Assembly (NCBI GenBank): GCA_965208835.1
Contig: OZ242358.1
Span: 3,736,433 to 3,800,432, forward strand
Source: Candidatus Latescibacterota bacterium
Lineage (GTDB): Bacteria; Latescibacterota; UBA2968; GCA-2709665
Length of the DNA: 64,000 nt
Direction: 5' to 3'
Shown here piece by piece: positions 54,341-62,800 of this stretch. The notes beneath the pieces are model-generated. The model was not told where the DNA came from. It made no database searches and was given only the letters and a program-made list of their open reading frames with translations. Each line of letters starts with the position of its first letter. The first letter of the stretch is position 1. Both the position numbers and the translations under genes were made by a program.

Positions 54341-55720
54341 ATGGCTTCCCAACCATCGAGTACACAGACTCCCGTCGATCGTCCGCAACCTCAGGCGCTT
54401 GAGGTCGAACGGGCGGTTCTCGGCGCGATGTTCATTGACAACGCGGCTATCAGCCGGGTGATCGAGGTCCTTGGCGACGAGACGGCGTTCTACCATACCG
54501 CAAACCGCCGGGTATATGCGGCCCTGCTCGCGTTAACCGAGCGGGGACTGCCGGTGGATGAGGTGACGGTTGCGGAGGAATTGAAACGCCGCGGGCAATT
54601 TGAAGACGTGGGCGGGTATGCCTATGTTGCCGGCCTGGGCGGCGAAATGGCGACCGGCGCAAACGCGGAATACCATGCCAGAATCGTGCTCGAGCGCGCC
54701 CAGCGCCGCAGGTTGATCGACGCGTCCACGCAAACGATTGCGGAGTGTTACGACGAGGCGGAAGAGGTCCACGAGGTAATCGACCGGGCCGAGCAGCGGG
54801 TGTTCGGAATTGCTGAAGGCGAACTCGGACAGGGTGTCGTGTCGCTGCAGTCCAAACTGCACGAGACATTTGAACTCATTGAAAAAGTCCAGAAACAGCC
54901 CGGCGCCCTTTCGGGCGTTTCCACAGGATATGCTGATCTAGACAGGATAACGGCCGGGCTGCAGACTTCGGATCTGATCATCATTGCCTCACGCCCCTCG
55001 ATGGGGAAGACTGCACTGACGTTGTGCATGGCGCGAAATGCAGCCGTTGAAGAGAAAACACCGGTTCTCTATTTCTCTCTGGAAATGAGTATGCAGCAAC
55101 TCGCGATTCGTTTGCTCTGCGCCGAAGCCCGTGTGAATTCGCACCGGCTGCGTACCGGCAGGCTGTCAACCGAAGAGTGGGAGCGGATGGCGACCTGGAC
55201 CGGAAAGCTGTCACAGGCGCCGTTTTTTATTGACGACACACCCGGCATCTCCGTTCTGGAGCTGCGGGCCAAAGCCCGCCGCGCCAAACTGGAGCACGGC
55301 ATCGGCATAATCGTTGTGGATTACCTCCAGCTGATGACAACCTCAGCGCGAGCGGACAACCGGGAACAGGAAATCGCGAGTATTTCGCGATCGCTCAAAG
55401 CGCTGGCCAAGGAACTGGACCTGCCGGTTGTCGCCTGTGCGCAGTTGTCGCGCGCGGTCGAGTCCCGGACGGACAGGCGGCCGCAGCTCTCCGATTTGCG
55501 CGAGAGCGGCAGCATCGAGCAGGACGCTGACGTCGTCGCGTTTCTCTATCGGCCGGAGGTGTACGGTATACCCGATGAAGAGGGAAATCCACAACCGGAC
55601 AAGGCCGAGATCATTATCGGCAAGCAGCGCAACGGTCCGACAGGCAGCGTGGATCTGCGGTTCATGAGTGATTATCTGAGGTTTGAGGAGTACGAAACTT
55701 TCCGCGACGATCCATTCTAG
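54341..55720 (+). CDS. dnaB: Replicative DNA helicase DnaB
   Basis: 459 aa. PQALEVERAVLGAM, Walker A SRPSMGKTAL, VVDYLQLM, RESGSIEQDADVV. Confidence 0.9.
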   Translation: MASQPSSTQTPVDRPQPQALEVERAVLGAMFIDNAAISRVIEVLGDETAFYHTANRRVYAALLALTERGLPVDEVTVAEELKRRGQFEDVGGYAYVAGLGGEMATGANAEYHARIVLERAQRRRLIDASTQTIAECYDEAEEVHEVIDRAEQRVFGIAEGELGQGVVSLQSKLHETFELIEKVQKQPGALSGVSTGYADLDRITAGLQTSDLIIIASRPSMGKTALTLCMARNAAVEEKTPVLYFSLEMSMQQLAIRLLCAEARVNSHRLRTGRLSTEEWERMATWTGKLSQAPFFIDDTPGISVLELRAKARRAKLEHGIGIIVVDYLQLMTTSARADNREQEIASISRSLKALAKELDLPVVACAQLSRAVESRTDRRPQLSDLRESGSIEQDADVVAFLYRPEVYGIPDEEGNPQPDKAEIIIGKQRNGPTGSVDLRFMSDYLRFEEYETFRDDPF

Positions 55721-56029
55721 CGCCTGACACTCGACCATTCGGATCATGCCAGCACGCCGCCGGCCGTTACCGCAGCGACCGCAACCGTGTACGAACTGAA
55801 ATCAACCTCAAACCGAAATAAACAGCAACGCGGCGACGCGATTAAACCCTCCGAAACGGGGCAATATCGACGTATAGAAGGACATTTTTCCATTCACTTC
55901 CGGTGACCTGGTGTATCCTGGTAATCCGCCGTCTAATCGCCTTTATTTACAAGCACATATTCGAGTTAACGTCCCCGAAGACTTACGAATCAAGGTCAAA
56001 CCTTGAATCTATCAAACCGAGGAATGAAA

Positions 56030-56668
56030 ATGGAAGGTTACCGATCTCCAGTCAGGGTATCCAAGCTGCTCTCACTGATGCTCAGGCATCGGCCGGAAGA
56101 GTTCGGCGTCCAGGTGGACGGGTACGGCTTCGCGGACTTCGACGCGGTGATATCCGCATTGAAGAAACAGGATGCCGATATCGAAGTCGAGGACGTAGAA
56201 GCATTGGTATATAAGGCCACCAAGAAACGGTTTGAGATTGTCGAAGGGCGGATCCGTGCGCGCTATGGACATAGTTTCGCCATGGAACTGGGATCCGAAC
56301 CCATCGAACCTCCCGAACACCTGTACAAGGGCGCAGGCGTGTCGGAAGTGGAAGGCATTCTGAGATCGGGATTGAAGCCCGATAACAGGCAATACGTACA
56401 TCTCTCTTTCGACGCTGACGTCGCGCGAAGGCTTGCGGGACACCGGCGGGAGCCGGGGACCGTGATACGGGTTGAGGCGAGAAAGGCCGCCGGGGGCGGG
56501 ATTCAGTTCTTCGACTGCGGCCCCACGGTCCTCTCACGGGAAATTCCGCCCGATTTTCTCACTGTCGAAGACACACCGGCGCCGGTTCTGGATGGCGGCG
56601 TGTCTGAGAAGCAACGCGAGGAACCGGTTTCGTACGGAAGAAAACGTCGATTTGGGTCGCGGAGATAG
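56030..56668 (+). CDS. kptA: RNA 2'-phosphotransferase (Tpt1/KptA family)
   Basis: VRVSKLLSLMLRHRPEEFGVQVDGYGF, RIRARYGHS, LYKGAG, YVHLS. The ATG at 56030 has GAGGA seven nt upstream. Confidence 0.8.
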   Translation: MEGYRSPVRVSKLLSLMLRHRPEEFGVQVDGYGFADFDAVISALKKQDADIEVEDVEALVYKATKKRFEIVEGRIRARYGHSFAMELGSEPIEPPEHLYKGAGVSEVEGILRSGLKPDNRQYVHLSFDADVARRLAGHRREPGTVIRVEARKAAGGGIQFFDCGPTVLSREIPPDFLTVEDTPAPVLDGGVSEKQREEPVSYGRKRRFGSRR

Positions 56669-56673
56669 CAAAC

Positions 56674-57564
56674 GTGGCAAAACAGGATCGGTCGGGAGCA
56701 CACGCATTGTTGAAAACAGCCGCCAGTCTCTCCGGCGAGATTGGCGCTGATCTCGTTTTGCTCGTGGCGGACTCCGGTGTGACCAGGACGGCTGTTCAAT
56801 CCCTGAACGATTCCTGTCCGGTGCTGCTGGTTACCCGACGCAATCGCTTTCTTCAGGGTATCGAGAGTATGGGGATCCGCCGGTTAAGGCTTGATTTCGA
56901 CGATGTTTCTCATCTGGAACGGGTGCGGCAGGGCATTATGCTGGGCATGGAGGCCGGTCACATCAAAAAGGGCAGTCGGCTGATCTGCCTCTCAAGCGTC
57001 ATGGAACACGGTGGTGTGGACACGTTGATGACCGTGGATACCCGCAGGGAGTTTGAGGACTTCGATCCGGAGAGCCTGGCTCTGCTTGCGGACGATCTCC
57101 CAATCGAAGTGGTCAAGTCGGTGCTGGATATCGCCCTTGACATCGGACGTGAAGGCCGGGAAGGGGAGCAGGTAGGCACCCTCTTCGTGCTGGGCGACTC
57201 CGACCGCGTGCTGGCGAATTCCCGCGTGATGACGTATGATCCGTTCCGCGGGTATTCAAGACGGGAGCGGAACATCTGCGATCCCGACAACCGCGAAGGT
57301 GTGAAGGAGGTTTCTCTGATGGACGGCGCCTTCATCGTCCAGGAGGATGGCGTCATTCGCTCAGGTTGTCGCTATATCACCTCCTACGTGAGGGGTCTCA
57401 CCCTGCCCAAGGGGTTGGGTGCGCGGCATGTCGCCGCGGCAGCGGTAACCAAGAACACCGAAGCGATCGCGGTGGCGGTTTCGGAGTCTACCGGTACGGT
57501 TCGGGTCTTTAAACGCGGAGAGATCGTCCTCCGGCGAGACCCGGGCCGCCGCATCGCCCGTTAG
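56674..57564 (+). CDS. CdaZ/DacZ-type diadenylate cyclase (pyruvate-kinase-C-like N-domain + DAC domain)
   Basis: GTG start 5 nt after the kptA stop, with GGAGA upstream. DAC motifs DGAFIV and LGARHVAAAAVTKNTEAIAVAVSESTGTVRVF. No TM segments. The N-domain ADLVLLVADSGVTRTAVQSL..PVLLVTR resembles a PK C-terminal domain. Confidence 0.6.
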   Translation: MAKQDRSGAHALLKTAASLSGEIGADLVLLVADSGVTRTAVQSLNDSCPVLLVTRRNRFLQGIESMGIRRLRLDFDDVSHLERVRQGIMLGMEAGHIKKGSRLICLSSVMEHGGVDTLMTVDTRREFEDFDPESLALLADDLPIEVVKSVLDIALDIGREGREGEQVGTLFVLGDSDRVLANSRVMTYDPFRGYSRRERNICDPDNREGVKEVSLMDGAFIVQEDGVIRSGCRYITSYVRGLTLPKGLGARHVAAAAVTKNTEAIAVAVSESTGTVRVFKRGEIVLRRDPGRRIAR

Positions 57565-57724
57565 CAGTCCGTTGATAAAGTCGCTCTGCAGGCGAGGCCG
57601 AGCCATTGTGGCCGAAGACAAGGCGCGCGACCGAGTCCCATCCTGCGATTCGGCGAGGGAGCGCAACGCAGTATTTCGACCGCAAGGGCCGGCCGCAGCC
57701 CGGATGGACTTTTTCAACGGGCTG
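57565..57724 (-). repeat. Family-1 repeat, copy i (160 bp, full length, reverse orientation)
   Basis: Flanked by TTAG on both sides (57561-57564 and 57725-57728). The left duplication contains the TAG stop of the cyclase gene. Confidence 0.85.
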
Positions 57725-57847
57725 TTAGACGGTCGTTTCCGGTTGCCTTTATAGGCACGCGGTAAGACCGGTATGGGGATACGCGGGATCACTGCCGGCC
57801 GTCTTCAGATGTGCGCGTTTCACCGGACACATTGGGATGATTGCCCG

Positions 57848-58351
57848 ATGAAAATACGGCTGCGTCGGCGCGAAAACCACATAGAGGCCGTCATAGGGGA
57901 CATTGTGCATCAGGTAAACCGGGTCGCCCGGGCATTCCCGAGAAGCAACGCCGACCGCTTCATCGGGTTAATGGGAGAAGACGGACATGAGATCTGTCTG
58001 ATCGAAGATCCCGGCACGCTGGACGCCGATTCTCAGGAAATATTGGTCGCCGCGTTGAAGGACACTTACTTTATTCCGCGGATTCGGGAAATCCTGGCGA
58101 TGTCGCCTCGCGGAACGGGCGGTGAATGGACCGTTGTCACGGAAGAGGGAGAAGTCGAGTTTCGAACGCAGGACCGCGAGGCGCTGGACGGTTCGGAACC
58201 GCCGTCGATCACGGTAACTGACGAGAACGGCAGGCGTTATCGGATTGAGGACTACTGGGCAATGGATCGGGAGAGTCGAAATACAATGCGCGATCTCGTA
58301 CCGGATGAGGTCTTGCGGCGCAGGGCCAGGGTTGTTTCGCTCCGCCGGTAG
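57848..58351 (+). CDS. DUF1854-like protein
   Basis: ATG at 57848 (MKIRLRRREN). ARAFPRSNADRFIGLMGEDGHEICLIED...YFIPRIREIL...EWTVVTEEGEVEF...ITVTDENGRRYRIEDYWAMDRESR resembles the DUF1854 pattern as I recall it. Confidence 0.5.
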   Translation: MKIRLRRRENHIEAVIGDIVHQVNRVARAFPRSNADRFIGLMGEDGHEICLIEDPGTLDADSQEILVAALKDTYFIPRIREILAMSPRGTGGEWTVVTEEGEVEFRTQDREALDGSEPPSITVTDENGRRYRIEDYWAMDRESRNTMRDLVPDEVLRRRARVVSLRR

Positions 58352-58463
58352 TGTTCTCTATTTCGGTACCGGACATGGAGTGAGCACGCCTGTCAAGGGG
58401 TCGGCGAAGGGATATCGATTGGCCATCGACGGATATTGAAACGCGGGCATTTCGACAAGCTCA

Positions 58464-59834
58464 ATGACCACGTTTCAGCCAGACGGGATGAATCGGCGGT
58501 CGAATGGTGAGGAATTTTTGGGACAGGACACCCGGCAAAGCAGATTCTTGATTTCCGGTATCCTGATCGGCGTGTGTGCAGTCGGCATATTGGCACTGGG
58601 TGAATCCCGGTACAGGATGCCGCTTTTTTTTGGTCTGTTCGGGCTCTGGATGGTCTTCTACCTGGTGGCTGTGTGGCATTGTACAGGGGCTTCACTGAAG
58701 ACTGTGGTGCTGTTTGGCCTTCTGTTCCGCGTCATTCTGGTTTTTTCCGCGCCCGGCCTATCGGACGACGCCTACCGGTACCTGTGGGACGGACGCGTGC
58801 AGGCCTGGGGGATAAATCCCTACGTGTATCCACCTGCTTCCGAAGCGCTCGCCGACCTCAAAGACGACGAGGTCTTCTCCCAGGTAAACCATCCCGAAGT
58901 ACCCACCATCTACCCCCCTTTGGCTCAGATGTTCTTCCGCATGTGTTATCTCATTCATCCGTCGATCTGGACCATTAAGATCGGCCTCGCTCTTTTCGAT
59001 CTGTTGACGGCGTGGTTTCTTCTGGGATTGATTCGGCTATACGATCAGCATCCGGGACAGTTGCTTATATACCTCTGGCACCCCCTGTTGCTGGTGGAGG
59101 TGGCGGGCAACGGCCACATCGATGCGCTGGGTGTTTCCTTCATGGTTATTGCGTTCCTCTATCTTCAGGTTGGAGGTTACGCGAGGGCCTTCGCCGCGCT
59201 GGCACTCTCCTTTTTGAGCAAGTTCTTTGCCATCTGCCTGGTTCCGGTCTTCTTGCGCTGGATCTGCGGGAGGATTTCCCGTAGGACCGAAGGGCGTTTG
59301 CCGGCTTGCTTCAGACCACAGGCCGTATGGTCTGTGCTGATTTTCACGGTGACGATAGCGGCCGGGTACCTGCCCTACCTGGAAGCCGGAGAGGCACTGT
59401 TCACAGGGTTCCTCACGTATGCCGAACACTGGAGCTTCAATGCACCGGCCTTTGACATCCTCAGTTACGTGCTGGGTAACCCGCAGTGGGCACGCACGGT
59501 CATTGCGGTCGCGTTTGCCATGGCGGTAATTCTCGTCACGTTCAACAGGATGCCGCCGATTCAGGCAGGTTTCTTCCTCGTCGGCGCCTTCCTGTTGCTT
59601 ACGCCGACATTGCACCCATGGTATGCGATCTGGATGGTACCCTTTATGGTCTTCTACAGGCAACCGGCATGGCTGGTCTTTACAGGTCTGATCGCAATTT
59701 CGTATCACGTCCTGATCAGATATGCGAGCGAAGGGATATGGGAGGAGGCGGTCTGGGTGAAGGCTGTTCTATTCGGCGGGTTCGCGCTTGTCTGGGCATT
59801 CGAATGGATAAAGAAGCGACGCGCCGAGACCTGA
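58464..59834 (+). CDS. Polytopic glycosyltransferase of the GT87 / DUF2029 (PimE-like) type
   Basis: 456 aa with ten or more TM segments. First-loop motif LSDDAYRYLWDGRVQAWGINPY is typical of this family. Confidence 0.55.
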   Translation: MTTFQPDGMNRRSNGEEFLGQDTRQSRFLISGILIGVCAVGILALGESRYRMPLFFGLFGLWMVFYLVAVWHCTGASLKTVVLFGLLFRVILVFSAPGLSDDAYRYLWDGRVQAWGINPYVYPPASEALADLKDDEVFSQVNHPEVPTIYPPLAQMFFRMCYLIHPSIWTIKIGLALFDLLTAWFLLGLIRLYDQHPGQLLIYLWHPLLLVEVAGNGHIDALGVSFMVIAFLYLQVGGYARAFAALALSFLSKFFAICLVPVFLRWICGRISRRTEGRLPACFRPQAVWSVLIFTVTIAAGYLPYLEAGEALFTGFLTYAEHWSFNAPAFDILSYVLGNPQWARTVIAVAFAMAVILVTFNRMPPIQAGFFLVGAFLLLTPTLHPWYAIWMVPFMVFYRQPAWLVFTGLIAISYHVLIRYASEGIWEEAVWVKAVLFGGFALVWAFEWIKKRRAET

Positions 59835-59844
59835 GGTCCGCAGC

Positions 59845-62800
59845 CTATACCACCTTGCCGAACAGGAGAGCAAACCGGACGAAGTCCGAGAATGCGACGT
59901 TGCCGTCGTCGTCCAGGTCGAATCGGGGATTGGTGGAGCCGAAGGCGCTGGCAAACATCAGAAAGTCGGTAAAGTCAACCCTGCCGCTTCCGTCGAAATC
60001 GGCGATTCCCGCCGAAGGAAAGGTGGTCTGCCCGGACGTAAACGTGACGTTCCTGAATCCGGAAGCGAGGGGTACGCCTGACGAGTCAGCGGCCATGGAA
60101 CATGCAAGGCTGTACTCACGACCGGCTTCAAACGGCAAGAAAAACGAAAGCAGGGCGCGCTGGCTCGTTCGGTCAAGAGTCACCGAGGTCGGGCGACCCA
60201 GGTCGGGGGTGACCGAATATCCGTTCGGATTGGCCGTTCCGGCTGACATCGGTTCACTGAACTCGAGTGAGAGACTGTTCGCGTGGATGACTTCCACGCG
60301 ATCCAGTTCCGGAGCCGGATTGGGGCGCAGGACGTGTGTTTCGGAGCTGATCTCGTCGCCGCCGGGCAGAGTGGCAATCACAACGTAACGATACACTCTG
60401 TTTTCGGCCAGGCCAGTGTCCGTGTACGAATTAGTGGTCAGTTTGTCCGCTATGGCTTCCGGCATACTTCCGTCGACCCCGCGCAGAATGCGATAGATGG
60501 CGCCGCTTTCGACGGGCGCCCACGCCAGCCGTACGCTTTCCGGTCCCAACGGATAAGCATGAACGATCTGTAGAATCCTGCTTATGCCCGGCTCGGTGCG
60601 TTCCATCAGACGTACGGCGCCGTCCCTGTTGTAGAGCAGCTCCGCGTAACCATCCCTGTCCAGATCCGCAATGAGCGGGCGGTAAGTCAATGAAACGGTT
60701 TCATGCCAGACGGGTTCGTATGAATCCGGGCCGGTGGCGCGGATGAGGTAAAGGTCCGGGCGCAGACAGACGGCCAGGTCGGGGATACCGTTGCCGTCCA
60801 CGTCGCCCGTCGCAATACCGTTTCCCGTCGAGATTACACCCGAGACTCGAATCGACCACTCCTGTGCATAGGAGGACAATCCGTCCGCACTGTAGATTTC
60901 AAGGTCCCACCGGCCGTTGAGTGCGTCGTTCCGGTCTTCCGCCGCGCGGGCGACGACGAACTCCACGTCGCCGTCATTGTCGATATCGGCGGCGCCCCCG
61001 ATCCATTGGGTATTGGTGCTGTCACTGCCCGCCAGTTTCCAGGTCTGCGCGAAACCGCCTCCGGGCAGAGCCTCATAGATCCAGAGGTCTCCGTCGTCGT
61101 CGCCTGAGAGGATTTCCTTCCGCCCGTTGCCGTTCAGATCCGCGATGACAAACCGGGGACCGGGCCGGTTTCGGCCTTCGGTCGGATTCGGAAGAGGGGT
61201 GCCTCCAATGAAGGCACCTTCACGCGTACTCCTGAGAATACGAATCCCAGGCATATCGGCGGATCGGGTCACGATCTCGTTTCTACCGTCGCCGTCGACA
61301 TCGGCGATTTCCCCGCCCCGGGCTTGATCCAGATTCAGAAGGACTTCGGAGGGAAAGGGGTTTCCCCCAAAGAGCAGGAGGCGCGGAAAACGGGTGCCGA
61401 GCAGATCGGTGCTACCGTCGTTGTTCGCGTCGCCCAGAGCCAAGGGCCAGAACGACTCGCTGGTCCGGAAGATGGTGGTGAAGCTTCCATCCTCGTTGCG
61501 TTCCAGGATTAGGTTTGTATTGTAGGTACGGCCGCTGGCGTAGGGCATCAGTACGAGTTCGGGCCGCCCGTCCATGTCGAAGTCGGCGGTCTCGTTTGCA
61601 AGATACCCGTCGGGCAGGGTGTCGATCTCCACGAAACCACGAGAGGAGAGACGAAGCGGATCCACCCTTAACGTCAATGGTTCGGAAAACACGGCCTGTC
61701 CCCCGGCATCCCTGGACATGATCCGGTATTCCAGGGGCCCGGGTGCGAGGTCTGGAGGCAGGGTGACGCGATGACGGGTGTAGATGATGTCCGAAAACAG
61801 GGTGTCTTCTCGCGTCGCCGTAGACGAGCGAAAGAGCAAGGCACCGCGTGTTGGACGTCTGGTGTGCCATTCGGCCTGGTACGCCTGGCGGTTTCCAATG
61901 AGTATGGGTGCGAAAGACGCCCTGGATATAACCGGCAAGGCCCGCAGTATGCCGATTCGCACCCGGTCTTCAAGTGTCGTGCCATCCGTCAGCCTGACCA
62001 GCAGCCGCAGGATGACAGTGGTGTCGGCCGGCGTACCCGGGGTCCAGGAATGCCGGATGTTCGATCCCGGCGGTCCACCGGAGAGCCGGTTCCAGGATTG
62101 AGGATCTTCTCCCCTGCCGGAAAACAGTTCGTAGCCGGCAACGTTGGGACCATCGGCCCGGGCGAGGATGTCTACGTTCCGCCTGGCGCCGTCGTCCATC
62201 CGGGGGTGGTCGATCTGCACGACGGGGGGATCTGTCCATCCCGTCGTTTTTTCGAGCAAATTCGCCGCATCGATACGACCGGCACCGCTGCTGCTGTCCC
62301 AACCCTCCGGACCGAGATCGACTACGGACGCCGTGAGCAACGAGCGGACCTGCTCGGGGGTGAGATCGGGACGACGGGAGAGAATAAGCGCCGTGAGGCC
62401 CGCGACGTGGGGCGCCGCGAAGGACGTGCCGGAGGCGTGTACATAGCGGTTTCCCGGCGTGGTTGTAAGCGTACCCGAGCCCGGCGCGACCAGGTCCAGC
62501 GGGACCCCCAGGCTGCTGAACGCGGCAATCCGGTCGCGCGGCGCCGTGGCTCCCACGGCAATGGTTTCGTCCATGGCAGCCGGGTAGGAAAGGCCGAATT
62601 CGCCGCTGTTACCTGCGGAACTGACCAGGATGAGGCCGCTCGCGGCGGCATAGCGCACGACGTCGCGGATCAGGAACGCGCTTTCCGGCCCACCCCAACT
62701 CATATTGATGATGTGGGCGCCGTTTTCCACGGCATAGAGAATTGCGGCGGCAAGGTCGTCTTCTTCAAGAAAGGTAAGGTTGGATTGCAGCGTCACGCCG

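Noticed and set aside
12764-57724. Possibility that the dispersed repeats are a CRISPR array or CRISPR remnants
   Set aside because: The units are 99-236 bp, not 25-40 bp. They are scattered over 45 kb between genes, not regularly spaced, and occur in both orientations. There are no cas genes.
57361-57792. A recurring 'protein' motif (SLCRRGRAIVAEDKARDRVPSCDSARERNAVFRPQGPAAARMDFFNGLL, or on the other strand LKKSIRAAAGPCGRNTALRSLAESQDGTRSRALSS...RPRLQSDFINGLL). It is seen in about 15 ORFs in the track and could be mistaken for a small-protein family.
   Set aside because: It is the translation of the family-1 DNA repeat. Copies carry indels that break the frame, occur in both orientations, lack RBSs, and mostly form spurious N-terminal extensions upstream of well-supported start codons.
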